Assembly (NCBI GenBank): GCA_025355935.1
Contig: JANXYS010000073.1
Coordinates: 1 to 33,670 of the forward strand
From: Chitinophagales bacterium
GTDB lineage: Bacteria > Bacteroidota > Bacteroidia > Chitinophagales > Chitinophagaceae
Reading direction: 5' to 3'
Length of the DNA stretch: 33,670 bases
Positions within the stretch are counted from its first letter, which is position 1; the number at the start of each line of letters is the position of its first letter. The notes under the pieces were generated by a model. It did not search any database. It saw only the letters and a program-made list of their open reading frames with translations, and was not told where the DNA came from. The position numbers were made by a program, and so were the translations under genes. Below are positions 27,862-33,670 of this stretch, piece by piece.

Positions 27862-27902
27862 TTTGTCGTTTTCTTAAAAGACACTTTTTAAAAAACGACA
27901 AA
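27862..27902. repeat. 41-bp imperfect palindrome between divergent genes
   Basis: TTTGTCGTTTTCTTAAAAG-ACA-CTTTTTAAAAAACGACAAA; 17 of 19 arm positions are complementary. Confidence 0.8.
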
Positions 27903-28032
27903 GAGCATTTTTATCTTCCGTTATTCTAATTCGGCAATCAGGTTTCAGATTTTGATCGGCAGAAAAGATGCAATGGCCAGAGTCCGCGACTTGCCATAAT
28001 ATATCGGTGCTGCGATATCATATCTTTACAAT

Positions 28033-31000
28033 ATGTTAGCATACAAGGAAAAACTGCTGGAAAAATTTCTCGAGGAATATGAAAAACTCAATGAACAGCA
28101 ACGTATTGCGGTTGATACTATCGAGGGGCCGGTGATGGTGATAGCAGGGCCGGGAACGGGCAAAACTCAAATCCTGGCTGCACGCATCGGAAAGATTTTA
28201 CTTGAGCCTGATACTAATCCGGATAATATCCTTTGCCTCACCTACACGGATGCGGGTGCAATCGCCATGCGTCGTCGCCTGCAACAATTGATTGGCGCGG
28301 CCTCCTATAAGGTTAATATCTACACCTTCCACGCATTTTGCAACGATGTTATACAGGACAACCTCTCCTTTTTTGAGAAAAATTCACTTGATGCCATCTC
28401 AGAACTTGAGAATATTCAGCTGTTTAAAACCCTGATCGACAATTTTAAAAAGGATCACCCGCTCAAACGTTATCGCGGCGATGTTTATTACGAAATTAAC
28501 AACCTGCAAAATCTTTTTAGCGCAATGAAACGTGAGGGATGGACAGCAGCCTTTATCGAACAAAAAATTGACGAATTCATCAAAGATCTTCCACTTCGGG
28601 ATGAGTATACTTACAAAAAGAAATACAGAAATTTTAATGCCGGCGATCTGAAACAGGATAAGATTAATGACGAAACAGAAAAAGCAGAGAAGCTTCGTGC
28701 TGCGGTTTTAGAGTTCGACAAGTACCAGGCGCTAATGCGCCAAAAAAACCGCTATGATTTTGATGATATGATCAATTGGGTAATCAGGGTATTTGAGGAA
28801 AATCCAAATATCCTCGCTGATTACCAGGAGCGATTCCAGTACATTCTTGTTGATGAATACCAGGATACAAGCGGCACCCAAAACCGTCTGGTAGAGCTTC
28901 TTATCAGCTACTGGGACCAGCCGAATGTCTTTGTGGTAGGAGATGATGACCAGAGTATCTACCGGTTCCAGGGGGCAAACATAGAGAATATGCTGGGCTT
29001 TGCTGATAGCTACACGAATGAACTAAAAACAATTGTGCTTACGAACAATTACCGCAGCACGCAGCCCATACTGGATCTTGCAAGAAGACTAATTGGTAAC
29101 AATGCAGAGCGACTTATTCATAAGCGCGATGGGCTTAGTAAAGATTTATTGTCATCCCGGGAGGGGATAAAAGACTTGCTGCACAACCCGGTAATTACGG
29201 AATATAATTCCATACGGGATGAAATGGCACATATTACCATCTCGGTTGACGCGCTGTTGCTTAACGGAACAGCGCCCGGTAATATTGCAGTCATCTATAA
29301 GGAAAACCGGTATGGAGAGGAATTGGCAAACTACTTTCGTCTTAAAAATCTACCGGTATACAGTAAAAGAAGTCTAAATATCCTCGAGCACCCATTTATT
29401 AAAAAAATAATAGTGCTGCTTCGCTACCTTAACGCCGAGCACGATATCCCTTACGGTGGCGATGAAATGCTTTTTGAAATACTTCATTACGACTTCTATG
29501 AAGTGCCGCCCATGGAGATTGCAAAACTAACAGTGGAGGTAAATAGCAGGAAGTACAACGATGAGCAAACCTCGCTGCGCAGAATGTTGTACGACAGAAG
29601 CATCAGGCCGCCGAGGGATTTGTTTGACAAAGGCCTGCATGAAAAATTAAAACTGGTAAGTCGGATTATCGAACAACTGATTGCCGATGTCTCTAATGTA
29701 ACGCTGCAGCAATTGTTTGAAAATATCATCCGTCAAGCCGGGATACTTGAGTATGTAATGAAGCATCACGATAAAATCGTGCTAATGCAACTTCTTACAG
29801 TGCTTTTCGACTTTATAAAGGAAGAAACCAGTCGCAACCCCTACCTCGACCTTACAGGCCTTACCGCTATTATCGACCTTATGGAGAAAGAAGAATTAAA
29901 ACTTTCTTTTAACCAGGTAGCAGGAAGTGATAGGGGCGTAAACCTTTTAACAGCCCACGGCAGCAAGGGGCTCGAGTTTGAACATGTATTCTTTGCAGGC
30001 GTAAATGCTTCTTCGTGGGAAAAGAAAAGGAAACCGGCCAGCGGGTACAAACTGCCAGATACTATGTTTTCATCACTTCCAAAAGCTAACGATGAAGAAG
30101 AATTACGTCGATTATTTTATGTGGCCATTACAAGGGCGGAAAAGCATTTGCACATCTCCTATGCAAAATATAAGAATGACGGAAAGGAAATAGAACCCTC
30201 TATGTTCCTCGCGGAAATACAGCACGAACAGCCATTGCCGGTCGTTCGGATTTCCCTTACCGAAGATGAGAAGCTGGAATTTCAAAACCTGCAGTTCCTG
30301 GCGCAGGCACCAGAAATTGAGCGTAGTGAAGAGGACTTTATTACGCCCTTGCTTGAAAAATTTGTGATGAATGTTACCGCGCTAAGTGCTTATCTAAATT
30401 GCCCACTCGGATTTTACTATAAAAATCTTATTCGTATTCCCTCGGGGAAAAATGAAGCCACGGAATTTGGAAGTGCGATACATCATGCTGTAGAAAAATT
30501 ATTTAGAAAAATGCAGGATGGCGGCAATGAAAAGTTTCCTTCTAAAGATGAAATGGTGGAAGACTTTAAATGGTACATGAACCGGCACCGCGAGAATTTT
30601 ACCAGGGAAGCCTTTGCACGAAGAATAGAATATGGAGATGAAGTTTTGCGCAACTACTATGATAAATACATCAGCAGCTGGAACAAAGTTGTGGCAGTTG
30701 AAAGAAATATACGCGGCATAGTTGTGAACGGCGTACCCCTAAAAGGTAAGCTCGACAAACTTGAATTTAACGGCAAAGAAATTAACGTTGTTGACTACAA
30801 AAGTGGGAATATTGATAACGCGCTTCCGAAGATGAAACCTCCGCACGAGAAGGATCCTAATGGCGGAGACTACTGGAGACAGGCTGTATTTTACAAATTG
30901 CTAATTGATAATTACCAGCAAAAAGATTGGCAGGTAATAAGTACCGAATTTGATTTCGTGGAGCCCGACAAGAAAAAAGAATACCGCAAAGAGAAAATCG

Positions 31001-31185
31001 TTATTACACCGCAGGATACAGAAACTGTAAAACAGCAACTAACCGAGGTGTGGGCAAAAATTCAGCAACGCGATTTTTATACAGGGTGCGGAAAGGAAGA
31101 TTGTCATTGGTGCAATTTTGTAAAGGACAACAGACTTGCTGTCGCCCTTCATGATATTGAAGAAGAGGCAGATGCAGAAGCTTAA
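28033..31185 (+). CDS. UvrD/PcrA-like SF1 helicase fused to a C-terminal PD-(D/E)XK (RecB-family) nuclease
   Basis: Helicase motifs LNEQQ, AGPGTGKT, DEYQD, GDDDQSIY, NYRS, TAHGSKGLEF and RLFYVAITRA. Nuclease motifs GSAIH, GKLD, DYK and QAVFY. Confidence 0.92.
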   Translation: MLAYKEKLLEKFLEEYEKLNEQQRIAVDTIEGPVMVIAGPGTGKTQILAARIGKILLEPDTNPDNILCLTYTDAGAIAMRRRLQQLIGAASYKVNIYTFHAFCNDVIQDNLSFFEKNSLDAISELENIQLFKTLIDNFKKDHPLKRYRGDVYYEINNLQNLFSAMKREGWTAAFIEQKIDEFIKDLPLRDEYTYKKKYRNFNAGDLKQDKINDETEKAEKLRAAVLEFDKYQALMRQKNRYDFDDMINWVIRVFEENPNILADYQERFQYILVDEYQDTSGTQNRLVELLISYWDQPNVFVVGDDDQSIYRFQGANIENMLGFADSYTNELKTIVLTNNYRSTQPILDLARRLIGNNAERLIHKRDGLSKDLLSSREGIKDLLHNPVITEYNSIRDEMAHITISVDALLLNGTAPGNIAVIYKENRYGEELANYFRLKNLPVYSKRSLNILEHPFIKKIIVLLRYLNAEHDIPYGGDEMLFEILHYDFYEVPPMEIAKLTVEVNSRKYNDEQTSLRRMLYDRSIRPPRDLFDKGLHEKLKLVSRIIEQLIADVSNVTLQQLFENIIRQAGILEYVMKHHDKIVLMQLLTVLFDFIKEETSRNPYLDLTGLTAIIDLMEKEELKLSFNQVAGSDRGVNLLTAHGSKGLEFEHVFFAGVNASSWEKKRKPASGYKLPDTMFSSLPKANDEEELRRLFYVAITRAEKHLHISYAKYKNDGKEIEPSMFLAEIQHEQPLPVVRISLTEDEKLEFQNLQFLAQAPEIERSEEDFITPLLEKFVMNVTALSAYLNCPLGFYYKNLIRIPSGKNEATEFGSAIHHAVEKLFRKMQDGGNEKFPSKDEMVEDFKWYMNRHRENFTREAFARRIEYGDEVLRNYYDKYISSWNKVVAVERNIRGIVVNGVPLKGKLDKLEFNGKEINVVDYKSGNIDNALPKMKPPHEKDPNGGDYWRQAVFYKLLIDNYQQKDWQVISTEFDFVEPDKKKEYRKEKIVITPQDTETVKQQLTEVWAKIQQRDFYTGCGKEDCHWCNFVKDNRLAVALHDIEEEADAEA

Positions 31186-31274
31186 GCAGCGTGAAATGTT
31201 TGCGAAACTTTCAATAGACAATACATTCAGTTAATTTCTTCCAATACCTTCACAAAAAAAATTTTAACCGGCTC

Positions 31275-32699
31275 ATGAATCAAAAGTTTCTTTTTTTCGC
31301 AGGCTTAATGCTTACCTATATAATGACAATTATAGGAGGTGGTTGTGCCCAGGTAGGTATGCCTACAGGTGGGCCAAGGGATACATTGGCGCCGGTTCTT
31401 TCACGGTCCACCCCGGTAGCGCGTGATCTGAATTTTAAAGGAAACAAAATTGTTCTCACTTTCGATGAATATGTTGAAATCCAAGATGTTCAGAATAATG
31501 TGCTGGTGTCGCCAGTGCAAAAAAACAATCCCGATATCCGATCGTTATTACGCACGGTAACGGTAAAATTGAAAGATAGTCTGCGCCCGAACACCACCTA
31601 TAGCATAAACTTTGGTAATTCTATTAAAGACGTGAATGAAGGAAACGTTTTCAAAAACTATACTTATATTTTTTCCACCGGTAACCAAATCGACTCACTT
31701 ACCCTTTCGGGCCGGGTCTTCATGGCCGAGACTGGCCTGGTCGATACAACTTTAAATGTGCTGCTTTATAAAGATGCAAACGACAGCTCGGTATTAAAAA
31801 CAAGGCCCGACTACATGGCGCGCATAAACGCCGACGGAAGTTTCAAGTTCGATTATCTTCCTGCAGCTGCTTTTAATATTTATGCACTTAAAGATGGTGA
31901 TGGCGGCAAATTTTACAATTCAAAATCAGAGACTTTCGCTTTTAGAACCGATAATAAAAAAGTAAACACTACAGACACTGCGACCGATCTTACTCTCTAT
32001 GCGTATGTGCAGGAAAAGCCGCGCACACAGGCAGCTACATTATCCAAATCGCCAGCTCTGCCCGCTGCCAAAAACACCAAGAATGATAAACGCTTGCGCT
32101 ACCAGGCAAGCCTTGGCCAGCCCCCCTTACAGGATTTATACACTCCTCTCCAATTAACTTTTACCAACTCTATAAAAACTTTCGACACGCAAAAGATTTA
32201 CCTTTCTGACACAAATTACGTTCGCCTAGGTGGCGTTAAAACAACATTTGACAGTACACGCAGGATCGTTAGCTTCCAGCCTTCAAGCTGGCAGCCCGAA
32301 TCAAAATATGTATTGCTTATCGACAAAACGAGCATTGAAGATTCGACAGGCGCAACACTTACAAAGAATGATACGCTTCGTTTTGCAACTAAGAGAGTAG
32401 AGGATTACGGGAAATTATTACTTAGGTTTACCGGTCTCGATATAAAGCTTCATCCTGTACTGCTAATAATGCAAAATGACGTTATTAAATCATCATATCC
32501 ACTTACCGCGAATGAATGGAGCAATGGTACGTTTTCGCCAGGGGAGTATGTACTTCGGATTCTGTATGACACGAATAACAACGGTGTTTGGGATCCCGGT
32601 AATTATTCTAAAAATTTACAGCCGGAAAAAGTGGTAGGCATTCCTCAAAAATTGTCCTTGCGTGCAAACTGGGATAATGAACGGGATATAAAGCTATAA
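31275..32699 (+). CDS. Lipoprotein with bacterial Ig-like (Big_5-type) domains
   Basis: Lipoprotein signal ending GG-CAQVGMPTGGPRD, Ig-like segments (IVLTFDEYV...LRPNTTYSINFG), and C-terminal DTNNNGVWDPG...QPE. Confidence 0.82.
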   Translation: MNQKFLFFAGLMLTYIMTIIGGGCAQVGMPTGGPRDTLAPVLSRSTPVARDLNFKGNKIVLTFDEYVEIQDVQNNVLVSPVQKNNPDIRSLLRTVTVKLKDSLRPNTTYSINFGNSIKDVNEGNVFKNYTYIFSTGNQIDSLTLSGRVFMAETGLVDTTLNVLLYKDANDSSVLKTRPDYMARINADGSFKFDYLPAAAFNIYALKDGDGGKFYNSKSETFAFRTDNKKVNTTDTATDLTLYAYVQEKPRTQAATLSKSPALPAAKNTKNDKRLRYQASLGQPPLQDLYTPLQLTFTNSIKTFDTQKIYLSDTNYVRLGGVKTTFDSTRRIVSFQPSSWQPESKYVLLIDKTSIEDSTGATLTKNDTLRFATKRVEDYGKLLLRFTGLDIKLHPVLLIMQNDVIKSSYPLTANEWSNGTFSPGEYVLRILYDTNNNGVWDPGNYSKNLQPEKVVGIPQKLSLRANWDNERDIKL

Positions 32700-32741
32700 T
32701 GGAGCTGCTATTAATTTAAGGCAGGTCTGAGGGCACGTTCG

Positions 32742-32794
32742 AGGTCTCAACTAAGTTGAGACCTACGGGTGTCAACTTTTAAAGGTTGACACCT
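32742..32794. repeat. Pair of REP-like palindromes upstream of the RAYT gene
   Basis: AGGTCTCAAC-TAA-GTTGAGACCT (32742-32764) and GGTGTCAAC-TTTTAAAG-GTTGACACC (32768-32793). Confidence 0.88.
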
Positions 32795-32982
32795 AATAAC
32801 ACCCCGAAAAATAGTCTAAATACAGCATTGAAAATTGTCGCTTCGAAGATCCTGGCAGTGAAATGATTTTCACTCGTAGATTTCACAGAATCATTCTTCG
32901 AACGCTTTAAAGAAGTGGAAAAAGCTCAAGAGCTATGGTGCAATCACCATTGAAAAAAAATACGCGTGTTATAAATTGCGAT

Positions 32983-33630
32983 ATGCCGATTCCAATTCGA
33001 TACAGAGCTGAATTTTTTGAAGGTCAATATTTCCACGTATTTAACCGAACCAACAATAAGGAAATCTTATTTCTTTCAGATGAGAATCGAACCTTCTTTC
33101 TTACGCAATTTGAGAAACATTTATCAGCAGGTGTCGATGCAATTTGCTGGGCACTCCTAAACAACCACTTTCATCTTTTTTTAAGAGTCAAGTCCCAGGG
33201 AGCTATTGTCGATTCATTATCGCAAATGAAAACGCGCCACTCACTGGATCAAAGACGCTACCTGGCCGGCGAAGTATCAGTAAATATTTTGTTGCAACAA
33301 TCGTTCAAACGTTTTTTTCAGTCGTATGCACAAGCGTTCAACAAGCAACACAACCGCTCAGGAAATCTCTTCCGCAGGCCCTTTCGGAGGGTAGCAATCT
33401 TAAATGACTCTTATTTTACTAAAATAATCGTCTACATACATACCAATCCCTGGAAGCACAGGGTTTTTGAAGATTTTACAAAGTATAAGTGGAGTTCTTA
33501 TGAGTCATTCGTCAAGGGTTCTGGTCTCAATGCGGTTGAACAGGAGGTAATTGACTGGTTTGGCGGAACCGATAATTTTATAAATGTCCACTTAAATGCA
33601 ACTCCAATTTATAAGAATTTGGGATTGTAG
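32983..33630 (+). CDS. REP-associated tyrosine transposase (RAYT/TnpA-REP, Y1 HUH nuclease)
   Basis: YFHVFNR..N...LF, NNHFH (HUH motif), R.GNLF..PF, YIHTNP (catalytic Tyr) and YKWSSY; flanked by palindromes. ATG at 32983 preferred over 32935. Confidence 0.9.
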   Translation: MPIPIRYRAEFFEGQYFHVFNRTNNKEILFLSDENRTFFLTQFEKHLSAGVDAICWALLNNHFHLFLRVKSQGAIVDSLSQMKTRHSLDQRRYLAGEVSVNILLQQSFKRFFQSYAQAFNKQHNRSGNLFRRPFRRVAILNDSYFTKIIVYIHTNPWKHRVFEDFTKYKWSSYESFVKGSGLNAVEQEVIDWFGGTDNFINVHLNATPIYKNLGL

Positions 33631-33645
33631 ATGGGTGAGACCTTG

Positions 33646-33670
33646 AGGTGTCAACCTTTAAAGGTTGACA
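33646..33670. repeat. REP-like palindrome downstream of the RAYT gene, truncated by the window end
   Basis: AGGTGTCAACCTTTAAAGGTTGACA matches the 32767-32791 copy at 23/25 positions. Confidence 0.88.

Noticed and set aside
30367-31185. Cas4 / CRISPR adaptation gene
   Set aside because: The 4-Cys nuclease is fused to a UvrD-like helicase and there is no array or cas1/cas2 in the window.
32983-33630. IS200/IS605 element with TnpB or IscB
   Set aside because: No tnpB or iscB is visible, a palindrome follows directly after the stop, and the protein length and motifs fit a RAYT better than a compact IS200 TnpA. Sequence beyond the window edge is unseen.

Overview
Bacterial chromosomal window, most likely Bacteroidota (TAnnTTTG-type -7 promoter motifs; Chitinophagaceae-like gene content is an inference). 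Bases 1-13482 (minus strand) are the 5' part of a surface polysaccharide locus that continues past the left edge: a WbpD-like acetyltransferase, gmd-fcl, rfbF-rfbG, an NDP-hexose C-methyltransferase, a CysE-like acyltransferase, wzx, three glycosyltransferases and two AT3 acyltransferases. The middle holds an ABC-F ATPase, a sugar cluster (NagX-like, DMT, nagA, HAD, galK, aldose epimerase), a Cys-rich protein, and an accessory block next to tRNA-Arg(CCT): alcohol dehydrogenase, a secreted DsrE-like protein divergent from a TsdA-like diheme cytochrome, and a GyrI-like protein. The right part encodes TPR and SRPBCC proteins, a single-chain UvrD helicase fused to a 4-Cys PD-(D/E)XK nuclease, an Ig-like lipoprotein, and a REP-associated tyrosine transposase flanked by two related palindrome types; the window ends inside a palindrome. 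The best leads are the REP/RAYT unit, the TsdA-DsrE pair, the CDP-sugar C-methylation pathway, a 41-bp direct repeat, a 41-bp palindrome upstream of the helicase, and a stem enclosing the tRNA. All product calls come from motif recognition by eye; no searches were run.
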